A DNA stretch of 64,000 nt from Eledone cirrhosa. Its lineage: Eukaryota. The position numbers and the translations under genes are program-made. Location of the stretch: contig OZ024741.1 in NCBI GenBank assembly GCA_964016885.1, positions 204,042,001-204,106,000 on the forward strand. The letters run 5' to 3'. Below, piece after piece: positions 11,264-24,980 of the stretch (position 1 is the stretch's first letter; every line of letters starts with the position of its first letter). The notes beneath the pieces were generated by a model that made no database searches, was not told the origin of the DNA, and was given only the letters and a program-made list of their open reading frames with translations.

Positions 11264-14200
11264 GCTCGCATGTGTGCGCGCTGAACTCTGGATCTTTCCG
11301 CTGGGAACAACCCCTTGTTTTCTCCCCCCCCTTTTTTGTGTACATCCATCCATTCACTCATTCATTTACTGCCATTCTACCTTCCTGTGTCTCCCCCTCC
11401 ATCCAGCCCCTTTTCGCTCTCGTTTTCTGGCACCTCCATATATATAGGTGAACTATGCTGCCCTCTTACCAGCACTTTCCCATCCACCCAGCCACACCAG
11501 CCACCCACCCCTGATACCGCTCGGTTCCCCAGTCCCCGGCCCCAAGCCCCAGCCCCACCCCTCCAAATCGACACCTGCAGCACTTGCGGCACCACTAACA
11601 AACGGAAGAGGGGCTGGAACTGTTTGGGGTGCGGCTGCTTTCACCACCTCACCTGCGTTGGCTTGACTCATCGAGCTTCCAATGCCCTCGCAGCATGGAG
11701 GTGCAGGAGCTACCTCTTCCCGACGTCTTCCCAGCCACGGCCGTCTGGCACACCACCAGATGGGACAGCGAGCTTGCCTGACGCCTAGGCCTCGCTGGTC
11801 AACATCGCTCGGCTCAGGCGGCTCCAGAAGATCCCACTCAGGATCCCGAGAGCGGCACGGGTGCCGGTAGCCGATGTCCTCGCTTCCTCGATTGAGAGCG
11901 CTCTGGATTCTAATCAAGCCAGTGACTGGGAGTGGCTGTTCTATTTCGCCTCACTCGCCCTCGGCCTCCCCAGCTCTGGCGCTGACCGGGGCGGCCGGTC
12001 AACAGCAGCCTTCGTCAAGGCCAATGTCTCGTTATTTGGGCGAGCGCACATTCCAAGCGTGCCCAGGGACGCCACACACCCCACCCTCAGGTACCCCCTA
12101 TCCTCCACCCCCGAGGCCATCGCCAAGCGTTTGCGTGACCAGGTAAACGCAAAGCCTATCATGGGTGATCTCTCGGCCGCAGTCAGAGTTGTTGCCTCAG
12201 AGGACACTGTCCTCCAACCCGCCGAGGAGATCCTGGCTGCTCTGCGGCTCAAACACCCTGAGCCACCCACTGATCTCAGACCCATACCCCCACCGACCCC
12301 CACCTGCTCCTTGTGGCTACTGATGAAGATGTCATGTCCGCCATCAGGTCCTTCCCAGCTAGCAGCTGCGGAGGTGTTGATGGTTTCCGACCAGGCCACC
12401 TCAAGGAGTTGACATCCCCCCTTCTCTGCTGAGACCGGGCGCCACCTTCTGAGTGCAATTGTGGCGCTCACCAATAGGCTCATTCGTGGTGCCCTCGACC
12501 CTTATGCCCGAGGCCTCTTTTTTTCGGCCAGCCTCACCGCTCTCAAGAAGAAAGAGAGTGGCATACGCCCCATTGCTGTGGGCAATGTCTTCCTGAGGCA
12601 GGCTGCCAAGGTGATCTGCAAGTCCGTCACACACGAACTGGGTGAGGAGTTTAGTCCGGTGCAACTGGGTGTCGGCGTGCCCGGTGGCTGTGAGGGAGCC
12701 TCTCAAGCAATCAGGCAGTTCTTCAGCAGCTGCCCATCAGTACCGGCATCCAGGGACTCCAGGCACCTCATTGTCAAGCTTGACATGAGGAATGCCTTTA
12801 ACACTTTACGCCGGGCTCATCTGCTCGAGGCCTGCCTCAGCCGAGCCCCCTCTGCCTACCCACTGGCCTACCTGGTATATGGAGCCCCGAGCATGCTCCT
12901 AGCTGCTGATACGGTCATACCCTCAGCTACTGGGGTCCAACAGGGCGACCCTTTGGGACACCTCCTGTTCGCCCTTGGTATTGACCACACTGTCCAGAGT
13001 ATCACGGCCCCTCTCAACGTTTGGTATCTGGATGATGCTACGTTGGGCGGGCCCGTACGGATGGTCTGCCAAGACCTTCAATCGGTGATTCCTGCCATGG
13101 CGGGTATCGGCCTCCAGGTCAACTCGGCCAAGTTGGAGGTGGTGAACGTCAGCCTCGATGCTGCGAGCTTTGCAGCCTCCGTCTTGGACGTGCGGTCCAT
13201 TCTCCGCCAGGTTCAGGTGACCCCCAAAGAAGATGTCCTCATCCTCAGGTCACCAATCCACCCGCCGGCCATCCGCTCCACCATCAGGTCCAGGCTTCAA
13301 CAGCTCCAGACTCCCACCAGCCGACTGGGCTTGATCAATGGCCACCCAGCTCTCTTTCTGCTGAGGAACTGCTTCGCCATGCCGAAGCTCCTCTATACAC
13401 TCTGCAGCGCTCCGTGCTACACCCACACATCTCTCCTCGCTGACCTCTATACTTGTATCCGAGCGGCAGCCGAGGGAATATGCAACGTCAAGTTTGACGA
13501 CATAGGGTGGCAACAGGCCACTTTACCGGTCAGGTATGGCGGCCTTGGCCTCTGGTCCCCGATCTCACTAGCTTTGCCGGCGTAACTTTCGTCGGTAACC
13601 TTGTGCCGCGTCCTCATCAGCAGGGTTCTTCAAAACACAACAGAACCCTCTGTGTTCAGAGAACGTGAGGCCGCCTGTGAGACGTGGGACCGGCTGGGAC
13701 TTAGCCCAGTAGTCGTCCCTCCTCCTTCTCCCCCTGTTGACGTCAAGTTCCCCCAACGCACTTGGGATGCCATCCAGTGCAGCCTGGCCTCAGACAGACT
13801 CACGCGCCAGCTCAACCAGCACTGCCTGCCTTGTTTACGTGCGGCCTCCAAACTCCACAGTCGTGCCTGGCTCCATGCCCTGCCCTCCTTCTCCACTGGC
13901 ACGCAGCTAGACAACCATAGCCTGCGAATCGGCGTTTCCCTGAGGCTCGGCCTCCAGATCTGCCAGCCACACCAATGTCGCTGCGGTTCCACCGTGGACT
14001 CTTTCGGCCTCCACCGGCTTTCCTGTCACCACAGTGCCGGCCGCATTCCACGCCATACTGCCCTCAACGAGGTCATTAAGCATGGCGTGGACGCTGCAGG
14101 CTTCCCTTCCCAGCTCGGGCCGGTGGGGCTGGATCGAGGAGACGGCAAAAGGCCAGATGGCATGACGATCTTCCCGTTCCGCGGTGGCAAACCCCTCGTC

Positions 14201-14548
14201 TGGGATGCCACTTGCACCGACACTTTCTGCAGCCGCAACCTGATGCAATCTGCGACTGACCCAGGTTCTGCTGCACGTCGGGCTGAGGGGGCCAAACTCC
14301 TCAAATACCGGTCGCTCTCCGACAGGTTTGCAGTCGTTCCCCTGGCAGTGGAAACTTCTGGTGTCCTCAGCCCCAGGGCTACCTCCTTACTCACCACCAT
14401 AGGCGCTGAGCTGGTCAGCTGCAGGTGTGAGCCCCGCGAGTTGGAGTGGCTTTTCCAGTGCGTCTGCCTTGCCATCCTCCAGGGAAACGCCTTCTCCATT
14501 CTGTCCGCTGGGGCTGTGGGTGGGCCCCATCGTGTACCAATACATTAG
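11264..14548 (+). mobile_element. CRE-clade non-LTR retrotransposon (PHD finger + RT + CCHC + RLE), decayed copy 1
   Basis: RIPRAAR, GIRPIAVG, KLDMRNAFN, GVQQGDPLG, WYLDD, CRCG..H.LSC, RH..N, RPDG, WDATC.DT, PLAVETSG. Stops at 11786 and 13583, frameshift near 12300. Confidence 0.92.
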
Positions 14549-14789
14549 TTAAATACCATTCTTTCATCGTTACAACTTATATCCAAATTAATGACGTATT
14601 ATCTTTGTTGTCACTGTACATTTGTAATGTTATTTATTTTACTCATAAATCTTCTAAGATTTACATTATACAGATAAATTGTTCTCCAGTTCCAATCTCA
14701 TCACCTTGGCCACAATTCTGGGCACTGTCACCCATAACACAGAAGAATTGACTGACCACTTCCAAATACCACTGACCACTTCCTTTTTG

Positions 14790-15010
14790 TGCACAGTGCC
14801 ATTGAGACTCTAAGTGTCCTCAGTCCCTGGACAGCTGTTTCTCCACATAATTGGGAGGAGTGCATTTCACCTGAGGAAGGAACCATGTGAAATGGAATGA
14901 CTGATGCAGTGGGTGTTGTTGGCTGTTCTTCATGGCAATATTTTTGCTATCTTGTCCACAGGGTACTTAGATATATCACTCAGCCAAGAGTGTAAAGTTT
15001 CACCCTTTAC
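14790..15010 (+). mobile_element. 3' fragment of a second, older CRE-like family
   Basis: AIETLSVLSP...EME*LMQWVLLAVLHGNIFAILSTG parallels the CRE RLE C-terminus. Sister fragments at 23605-23670 (+), 24190-24290 (-), 46690-46820 (+). Confidence 0.65.
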
Positions 15011-15109
15011 TTTTGTTGTTTATTTAATTTTTTTTCTCCCTTTTGTTTTTCTATTTTTTCTTTCTCCTGTTTATTATTATTTATTATTTTGTTGATACTT
15101 TCTTTATTA

Positions 15110-16194
15110 TATACTATAAATATGTAAATAATGTTCAAGATTGTAAAAGGATTAGATTATCAAAAAAAAAAATTAATCAAAGTTTCATTTCATTGCCCAA
15201 TTGTGGTTGACAATTTCTGTCTGTTTGTTTGTGAACCTAAAACTCAAAAACTACCAAACCGATCTTGATGAAACTTGACACGCGTGTGGGGCTCATGCCC
15301 ATTTGATTTCTTACATATATTTCATTTTAATCAAAGGGTTCCCCAGGGGTTCAAACCCCCGCTGAAAATCCCCGCTTAATTTTTCCCTTCAATTTATATG
15401 AAATTTAAACCATATGATACCTATTCACAAAATTTCAGCAAATTTCAATAATATTAAGACACCCTAATGGGGGTTAAACCCCTTATAGTGAAACTTTTGG
15501 CCAATAAATGGAACAAGATTTCATGAACTCCTCCTATGGTTTTGGAGATAGACCCCTATAACCATATATATTCTGAAACTACATTTCCCAGGGTACTTGG
15601 ATAAGTATATTTCATTTTAATCAAAGGGTTCCCCTGGGGAACAAAATCCCTGCTGAAATTTTTTTCCCTTCAATTTATATGAAGTTTAAACCATAGGTAA
15701 ATGACAAGTTATGATGCCTATTCACAAAACTTTAGCAAATTTCAATAATATTAAGACACCCTAATGTGGGTTCTATTTTTTTCACTATAGCAACACTCAA
15801 CTTCTCTGACAAACATTTTTTCGCCTGACCAATGCAATCAACAATATTTGTTTTTATTATTGTTTCGTGAAAGTTGGTATTATTGGCAGTATCGGTAGAG
15901 GGTCGGACACCATGCTTTCCAGCATAGTTACGTCCCTTTACGATCTGAGTTCAAATCCCGCCGAGGTTGACTTTGCCTTTCATCCTTACGGGGTCGATAA
16001 AATAAAGTACCAGTAATGCACTGGTTGATTACTGGCCTAAAGTAGAAACAATTATTGTTTCGTGAATGAATTTGTCTTCGCTTTTGATTATCCGTCCTAT
16101 ATTTTGATTTCATTTTTGGTCTGAGAGGCATTGGGCATTTTAATGGGAACTGGGAATATCCCCGCTCCCGGGTATTACCGGGCACCTCAGCTAG
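15110..16194 (+). mobile_element. Non-autonomous Helitron carrying a nested SINE and an internal duplication
   Basis: Ends CCCGGgtattaCCGGG...CTAG|T. The 5' end is eroded (TATACTATAAA). Segment 15317-15472 is repeated at 15607-15771. The SINE has TSD ATTATTGTTTCGTGAA. Confidence 0.75.
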
Positions 16195-17438
16195 TTTCTA
16201 ATAAAAATGAATGTAGCGTTTAAGCAAAAAGTATTAAAATCATTAAGTTTTTCTTTTATGTATTATATATTTCAAATGCTATTTTAAGATTTTCAATGTC
16301 TTATGTAACTGAAGCAGCATTGACAAGACAAGAAAAGAAAGTTACAAAACTGTCTCCATATTTAACCTGTTGGCTGCCGCATATATTTTACTCAGCTTCA
16401 GTTACTGTGCTGGGTTTTTTTTCAGTAAAATGACTATTTTGATTGACAAATGTCACATCAATAAACTAGTAACCCCATCTAGCTTTGAAGTTATGAACTG
16501 TTGGAAAGGGTTTCAAACATGTTAGCATGAGTTACCTCATCTGTGACACTGGAATGTATACATGTTAGGACGAGTTATCTTGCCTGCGGCACTGAAGAAA
16601 TTAAAGAATATTGAGATCCTTGCTACATTTAAATGTCTGGTAATGTTTTTATTCAAGTTGATATTTTTAAATGAATGTGGATTTTGCAAAAATAAACAAA
16701 AAATATAAACATTTTGGATGATTAATGGTTAGAGTCTGGAACATAAAACATTTCTTTCAGAGGTTAAGTTAGTATCGATTATAGAAAACTTTTATGACAA
16801 AGTAAACCAAATACCAAAAGTGTTATTGATAAATATGATGTTTGTAAATAAATTTCCTTTACAAACTGCTATTTGCTTGATTTTTAATAACAATATCGAT
16901 TGTCTAAAATGACAAAGAAAATTAAACTTTGATCTAATTCAGTTAAGTTTTATTTTGGAGTTTTCAAACACAAGTTAACGATGATTCTATTATTGAATTA
17001 ATAATTGAAATCACCCGCCTACACTAAAAAATGGACAATTTATTGCAGCTAGTTACAGGGTCAGACACCATGCTTTGCAGCATGGAGTTACGGCCCTTTA
17101 TGATCTGAGTTCAAATCCTGTCGAGGTTAACTTTGCCTTTCATCCTTACAAGGTCGATAAAATAAAGCCCCAGTAATGCACTGGGGTAATTGCTGGCCTT
17201 GTGCCAAAAGTAGAAACAATTATCAGAAGCCCATGTCTTTATAAAGGCTTGTTCTCTACTAATAACCGTTATTAGATTAGAATAGAATTTAAGGATGAAG
17301 GGAACATTTCAGATCTGTAATTAAAAAATGAAACAAAATATATCTTAGATATATAAGAACATAAGAACCTGTTCAATTTTGATTTTTTGTTTTCACATGT
17401 CATGCAATATATCTAGGACTACATTTTATTTTTTTAAG

Positions 17439-17588
17439 AAGTAAAACTTTTATTTACATAAATTATCAAAAGATTAACAATTTGCAGAAAGAAGCAGAGG
17501 AAAAAGAATTAAAACCACAAAAGGAAAAGCACACTCAATTACATTCCCCAACAGGGGGTGCTGGAGTTTCCCTCAAATATTTTTTTAG
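17439..17588 (+). CDS. Candidate internal host exon (150 nt, phase 2-2), product unknown
   Basis: Acceptor TTTTTTTAAG, donor AG|GTAAGC, open frame SKTFIYINYQKINNLQKEAEEKELKPQKEKHTQLHSPTGGAGVSLKYFF. Confidence 0.35.
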
Positions 17589-18026
17589 GTAAGCTAAGAC
17601 ACTCACAGCATTGCCATAGGTGATAGCTATACTAAAACACTGGAATAGCAAAGCACTTTTATTTAGTATATTCTCCTTTTTAAGAAGAAATCATAAATAA
17701 GATTTTTTTATATTTGACTTATTATTGTATTTTAAAAAAAAAAAAAAAAAGGCAGCAAATTGGCAGTCATTAGAACATCAAATAGAAAGTACTGGGCTTG
17801 ATGCTTTCTCTATCACTTTTACTTTCTTTTCTTCTCTGTGCTTAGACCCAGCAGGAGATCGGTTCTGCCAGGTTTTAACATGCCCAAGGATTGATATGTC
17901 AGGATGGCACCTCTATTTTCCTTTCATTTTTTAGATCTATTAAATTATTCCTATTCTAGAACTTTTACTTTTCTCTCGGAATAGATTTATCATTGATAGA
18001 TATTACTGTTAAGAATCTGTATTCTC

Positions 18027-18518
18027 ACCGCTGGAACAAAAGGATAAAGTTGTTCATCTAACACGTGGTGTCTTATGAGGCTGTTTACTTGTAAACAAAA
18101 TGAATATTAATAATATTATGAATTTTTGTAATATTATTATTATTCACTCATGAATACACTTAGTTATCCACCATGTTAAGAGTGTAAACAAATTTTGTTT
18201 TTAGTTTTCTTCAAAGCTGGCCGTAAAATCGTTCAGCATGCAAATGAGGTTAATCAGCCGATGTATACATTTGAGAATACTATGTATTCTCAGCAGTTCC
18301 AGTGATGTAGAAGACAGGAGAATACACATTCTTGATAAGGAGCAAAAGGAGCAAAACACTCCGAAACAATTGTCAATTGTTTTCTCTCAGCTACCACTGG
18401 AACAAAAGAATGAAGTTGTACATCTGTCACATGGTGTTTTATAAGGCTGTTTCCTTGTAAACAAACCGAATATTAATAATATTATGATATTATTGTAATA
18501 TTATTTTTATTCACTCAT
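18027..18518 (+). repeat. ~125-bp diverged direct repeat (18027-18150 / 18392-18518)
   Basis: ACC.CTGGAACAAAAG...GGTGT..TAT.AGGCTGTTT.CTTGTAAACAAA...TTCACTCAT occurs twice. Confidence 0.8.
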
Positions 18519-18826
18519 TTTATTCACTGTTAAGAAAATGTGCCTTAATTTGAATGTAATATAGTCAGTCAGAATATTGATGGTATTTTAGTTCAACATT
18601 AATGTTTTATACGTTTTAGCTATCTAATAATATAGAAGACAGTCGGTCATAAGATAGATAGAATTGATGTTGTTGCTAAACCTATAGCTGCTTTCATATT
18701 GGTAGCTTTCTGTTGTTGTTTTCTTTGTCATTTTACTTTTCATACAATACAAGCTTATAAGTCTGTAGGCATCTTTGTTTATTTGATAGTGATGCTCTCG
18801 GAGATTTTGATGATTTTGACTCTTAA

Positions 18827-19020
18827 CCTTTTAACATTCTCTTACTTTTTCTGTTCAAACTGGCCGTAACTGGCCACTTATACCGATATTAAGGTATTGT
18901 TCTCAAAATAGATAACATCAAAATCTCGTAGATTCAATACTATGCGAGATAATTATGTAAGTTAAAACCTTTACCATGAAAATACAATAGTATATATTGA
19001 GTAATGTAAATGCTAAAGGG
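18827..19020. mobile_element. piggyBac-type MITE (TTAA TSD), internally deleted
   Basis: TTAA-CCTTTTAACATT...AATGCTAAAGGG-TTAA; same internal sequence as 50942-51172. Confidence 0.85.
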
Positions 19021-19485
19021 TTAAACATGTGAGCACTGTTAAGTAATCTCTTGTTGTGCCATGGGAAAGATAAACAAGGGAGACTGAACCAATGAGAAAT
19101 CTTCTATGTGATCATTAAACTTGATCAAAATAGACAAATTCCTTTAAATCACATCCTACTATCTTGAAAAATGAAGGATACATTGGCTCATGTAATCCTA
19201 GAAATACAAAAAGACAGGATGGTCACAGCTCAAATGCCTTTGATCATAGGCCTGCTCAGTTAGAACTGACCTGGGGCTAAACAACAATAGCAACCTGATA
19301 TACATAATATGATTTCATCTTTGAATATCATAAGCAGACAAAAGAGAAATCTATCTTAAATTGGAGACTATATCACAATATAAATAGAAAAATATTCAAA
19401 CTTGTGTACTTTCAGATCTGTTAAGGACCCCACAACCTCCCTAGAGCTGATGCCACAATAAAATGTACCCAGTGTACCTTGTAAG

Positions 19486-19825
19486 GGTAAAGACCCCCTT
19501 CAGTCACGAATGACCATGGGATTTGCACCTAGAAAGTTCCCCTCCGAGGCACAAGTCCGGGCAAGATTGTTTATGGAAGACCAGCAGTTGCCCATGCATA
19601 CCAGCCTCCCCTCTCCACATCACCGATGATGTCCAAAGGAAAGGCTATGGCCAATACAGCTTGGCACCAGTGACATCGCAACTCATTTCTACAGATGAGT
19701 AAACTGGAGCAACACAAAAATAAAGTGTCTTGCTCAAGGAAACAAAGCATCACCCGGTCTGAGATTGAACTCACAATCTTACGATTGCAAGGCCAATGCT
19801 CTAACCACTAAGCCATGTGCCTTCA
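19486..19825 (-). mobile_element. Second tRNA-derived SINE family (CORE-like central domain)
   Basis: Minus-strand head with TGGCTTAGTGG (A box) and GTTCAATC (B box), then CCTTGAGCAAGACACTT...TTGCTCCAGT. Related copies at 6543-6720, 27343-27540, 28170-28502, 51190-51450, 55905-56190, 57750-57998. Confidence 0.75.
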
Positions 19826-20479
19826 AACCCTGTAAAGTAGTTGGTGTTAGGAAGAGCATCTAGTCATAAAAAGATGCTAAAAAAGGGTTGAAAGAACTCT
19901 TCAGTTATGTCAAGGCATGACAACCACCCTAGAGTTGGTGCCATGGTAACACACACCTGGTACACTTTGTAAAATGGTTGGTGTTATGAATGGCAGCCAG
20001 TTGTAGAAACCTTACCAAACCAAACAAAGAGTCAAGAAGACTCTTCAGTTGTGTCATGATAGAATGCACCCTGTACACTCTGTAAAGTATGAGAACATGT
20101 TTAAGATACATATGGATTTCTGGCCTATCTGAATGGCCAGTAGCTCTAATTAAGTTCTGCCTTTGACTGTGACAACCCATCTAACTCCTACTAGCAGAAA
20201 AAATGGAAATGAATATTATGCATACAATTTTAAAGTATATTTTACAAATTTTAGAAATGATTTACTAAAATTGGTTCATATTTTTATATTTCTGTGAAAT
20301 TACAGCTGCAGGGAAATACTTTGTTATTGCTTTAACTTTTACAAATAGTTTAATGCATTCTTTATTCAATAAATTACTGGAACATAAATAGTGCTTTGTC
20401 TTCATCTCATACAGCACTGCATAATATATCTATAGATTTTTATCTCACACTGTGCATATAGATAGATGCAAATACCTTC

Positions 20480-20537
<58 letters not shown>

Positions 20538-20738
20538 GCTTTTATTTTTATATACTTCAATTTATTGAAGTATGGAAATGTAAAACCATGTCTTCAAATT
20601 CATTTACTAAGATACCACATATATATATCCCTGTGATATTGGTATACGTGAGAATGATTACTCAATACTGAATTAGAGTGCACAGGTCAAATTCCAAGGT
20701 ACAAGACTCACGCCATGATAAAAACTATATATATATAT

Positions 20739-21870
20739 CATCATCATCATCATCATCACCGTTTTACATCCGTTCTTCCACGCTAGCATGGGTTAGACGG
20801 GTTGTCCTGTTGTGGACAGTGTCTGGTCGGCTGACCATGCCTTGCTCATACAGGAACTGATTTAGCTTGATTTCTACAGCTGGATGCCCTTCCTAACACC
20901 AACCTCATTTACAGTGAGTGCTGGGTGCTTTTTTGTGGCGCCTACACGTCCACTTTACAGTGTGGGCTGGGTGCTTTTTTGCCGTGGCATCTCCACGACC
21001 ACCTTGCAGTGGGAGGGTGTGGGGGCATATTGTCTATATGCTTCAGCTTGTACCCATGGGAGGTCGGGTACTCTGTATTACTGTATGACGCCAGAGGTCA
21101 CGGTCGTGTGTCATCGCCTTTGAGAGGTGTAATTGGGTAAGGTCGGCTTTTATCACCTCATGCCAGGTCATCTTGGGTCTCCCCACTCCACGGTTTCCAT
21201 CGACGTCTAGTGCTCTGCACCTTTTTATGCAGCTGTCATCCTTCATACGCATCACATGTCCATACCAGCGTAACCGCCTCTCCTGCACACAGCATTTGAT
21301 TCCTCTTATGCTCAGTCTCTCTCTCAATTCATTTATGCTTTGTCGTTCACGTATATTACTGTTACACATCCATCGGAGCATGCAGGCTTCGTTTCTCTCT
21401 AATCTACGTAAGTCTTCCACCTTCAGCGCCCAGGTCTCACTACCATGCAACATCGCTGTTCGGATAAACGCATCATACAGTCTGCCTTTCATTCTGAGGG
21501 AGAAGCCTTTTGCAGCTAGCAGTGGCAGTAGCTCCCTGAACTTCTTCCATCCCGTTCTTACCCTAGTTATTGTACTTTCTGAACACCCACCTCCGCTGCT
21601 AATTCGGTCACCTAGGTAGCAGAAGCTGTCTACTGTTTCTACAGAGCCCTCCCAGAGATTGGTGGTACTTGTTTCCTGTGGCTGTTTGCTGCTTGCTGTC
21701 CCAGCACAGCTGCTGCATGTGAAGCCTACATTCTTAATTAAGCTTCCTGAGATCCCGCTACATCTCTTGTGTACCCATTGTTTGCATTTGGGGTAGAGAA
21801 TGGAGTTCCTACCTACACCTTTCCTACATACTGAGCAAGGCCATTTCCCTGAGGGGATCTGGGTTCTGTT
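20739..21870 (-). mobile_element. 5'-truncated RTE-clade LINE with a PHD finger inside the RT C-terminal region, (GAT)n tail
   Basis: ORF WPCSVC..C..WVHKRC..FTCSSC, FCYLG, HGSETW, RRLRWYGHVMRM, GRPKMTW, DRDLWR; 3' UTR; TCATCATCA tail on the plus strand; flanked by (TA)n. Confidence 0.93.
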
Positions 21871-21893
21871 TTCTATATATATATTTTTTTTTT

Positions 21894-21927
<34 letters not shown>

Positions 21928-24564
21928 AATATCTTATATATGTTGGTTCAATGCTATTTATTCTGTACTACACAAAACATCCCAGGCGATACTATGTGTA
22001 AACAGATGTAAAACTGTGTCAGTATATTCTGAACTATAAATATATCTATAGATTCTCAGGCACCCCTGCATGCATAGACATATGTAAACACCTTGTTTGT
22101 ATATACAATATCTTTGTGAACTTAAATGAGTGATCAGCCAAATTGGAAGTCTAATATATGGACTAAGCTTTTGCAATGTTACAGTGGATTTCTAGAATGG
22201 CTGAACATAACTGCTTTTAACAAAGTCGAGAGATAGTTTTCATAGTCAGTAAATCTCTAAATAAATTTGAGAAACTTCCGTCCATCACACAATGTGTGCT
22301 TGTATGTGTTTATGTGAATGTATGTGTGTAAAAGAAGGAAGGGGGTGGTGAAAAAACTATAGCAAAACGGTGGCTGGCATTCCATTTGTTATCCTGTGTA
22401 TGTGTGTATTTGTGTGAATGTATGTGTGTGATTGCATATTTTTGTAAGTGTGTCTGTGTTTGCCCGTTTATATTTATATACTCATACATGCATCAACATG
22501 TTGAAAAATATCCTAGTATCAGATAATACTGGATTTTGGTAACTGATGCTTCCAAACCAATCACTATAACAATTGAACAACCGTATTGTCATTTCTTATA
22601 TAACGTTTTTGCTAAATTTCTATTGGCGTAGTGTAAAGTTTGGAAAGTATTGAGTGTTGGTTGAAACACATTACATAGGCCATTCTGAGATCATTTTAAT
22701 ATAATCAGACAATGGTGTACCTGTTTGAATAAAAGCCAATTTGATGATCAGAGAATATGTTTCTTGATAGATGTAGAAAAGTTCATTGATTTTCTTCTTG
22801 GAGTGGCTCTATGCTGGTTTCTTGGCAGCAGATCTCTTTTTACACGCAAATCCACATATATATACATTTTAACAATATAAGAGCATGTATGCATATATAT
22901 ATCATCATCACCATCATCATCATCATCACCATCATCCTATAAACTCCATTTTCTCTGCTAGCAAGGGTTTTATGTATGTGTGTGTGTGTGTCTGTGAAAA
23001 GAGTGTGAGCATGCATTTGTAAATATTTTGTTATGTATTCAGATTTCTTCTAGAATAAGTAAGAGGCAAGACAATTAGAAGGATATTTCTAAATGTATAT
23101 TTGTCGACAACTTGGCATTAACTAAAGTATTATTTTTCGTCTGAGTGGTTTTACATAAGAAATATCCGTATCTTTTTCAGATCAATAGAATTCTGTAGCT
23201 ATTCTGTAACTGTCTTCTTGTATGAGATACTTTGAATCAAACAAATAATATGTCAGTTTCAGCAAATATAATCCGTTCATTTTAACTTGCCTAAAGAGTC
23301 TTCTTCATATTTGTTTCACTGAGAGACATGGATAAACTTCTTTCACTTCACAACAATATAACTATTCAAAAGTAATGATTGGTTTGCATTTATTCAGCAT
23401 TTTTACGCAGTAATACTTCTAGAAACATGCAGAAATATGTGGCAGTTTCTACAGCTAACAACTTAAGGAATTCAACTTCCAGCATTGTTCATGCTCAATG
23501 CATTTTTCATATGTTAAAGACAGCTGAATCATGAAACAGAATGTTCCCAATAGGTTATCATACACCAATGTTTGGTTGGTTATTTCCAATGAATGTTCTC
23601 ATATGCAAGCTGCTATTGATACCCCTGGTGTACTCAGTCCCCGGACTGCCATTTTTCTCTGCCAAATTGGAACCATGCCATGTTTAAATGCCCAAAACAC
23701 GTCATATGTCATGATGACCCACCTACAGCTCAACAATGAGTTAAGGGCCTACACACATCTTGCTATCATTTCTGCCACTCTAATAAATCCAAAATATTGA
23801 TGACTAAAATTGTCCTAAAACCAAAAATGAGATTGAACTTCTGTGTATAACTTGGCTGTTAGTTTATCGACCCTCATACAATGAAAGACAAAGCCAAACA
23901 TGGAAGAATTCAAACTCAGAACACAAAAGTGGGTAACAAAATCTATGTCAGTTAACAGTTAAACTTTCACACTATAATATTAAAATATACAAGATATTGG
24001 TAACCGTTTTTACTAGTTCATTGTGGACACATATTTCAGCTGAACTATGCCAGTATCATCATCATCATCATCATTATCGTTATCACCATATGATATCAAT
24101 TATATTTAAAATCAATTTTATCTATAGTTTCTTTACAAAACCATAGTGACAAAAAGAAAGAAAAATGAAATAAGGGAAGAAATGGGCAGGAGCCTAACTC
24201 AACACCATTGGCTGGATGGAATATCTCAGTTGCAAAAGCATTGCCATGGAGAACAGCCAGCAATACCCGTTGCATCAGCCATTCCACCTCAGTGAAGACT
24301 TAGTAATTTTCTTAGTGTCATTAGAAGTGTCAAAAACTGGGTTCAAACTGTACATAGAATTATTCTAATCAGAAGAATTTGGTGCATAACTGGCACGTTG
24401 TAGCCTATGGCAATAATGCCCAGACACTAGCTCTGCTTTAAGCACCAACAAAGCTAATGAAATAAACATCAGTAAAATACTCATTCAATTTAGTTGATAG
24501 TACATATCACAAAAGAAATGATTGCCCTTGTAGCAAGACAAAACAAATCACTAGTTAGAGAGTC

Positions 24565-24980
24565 TTAGTATTTAACACTCTAGGCTAGCTCTATAATATG
24601 TACCTGGGTATTGAGCAACATAGGCTAGCTCTACAATGAGTGCATGGATATTCAGCAACATAAGCTAGCTCTACAATATATGCCTGTGTATTGAGCAACA
24701 TAGACAAGCTCTACAATGAGTGCATGGATATTTAGCAACATAGGCTAGCTCTACAATGTGCTCCTAGGTGTTTAGCAGCATAAGCTGGCTCTATAATCTG
24801 TCCCTGAGTATTTAGCATGCTAGAATGTGAAACTAGGTATTTATCACTCTAGACTAGCTCTACAATGTCTACCTGGTTATTTAGCACCCTAGGCTAATGC
24901 TAAAATATGGTAGTACTCCAGGCTAGCTCTACAATGTGTACTCCTTTCTCTCAAATAAAATAATTTCAAATTACAGTTGG
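24565..24980 (+). repeat. ~40-bp degenerate tandem array within a dispersed element
   Basis: About 9 units of CTAGGCTAGCTCTACAATGTGTACCTGGGTATTTAGCA; also at 52930-53345 and 43375-43472. Confidence 0.8.

Larger units (their letters stand above)
9818..14568 (+). repeat. Copy 1 of a duplicated ~3.84-kb unit (plus a 913-bp Helitron insertion)
   Basis: Colinear with 29826-33666 from AGAAATATATATTTTTGTAAATAAG to TTAGTTAAATACCATTCTTTCATC. Confidence 0.93.

Noticed and set aside
11377-14499. Many antisense and alternate-frame ORFs over the CRE copies
   Set aside because: Expected shadow ORFs of GC-rich coding sequence.
9651-14594. Short inverted match ATTTGGATAT/ATATCCAAAT as TIRs around copy 1
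   Set aside because: Short, AT-rich, no TSD, and absent around copy 2.
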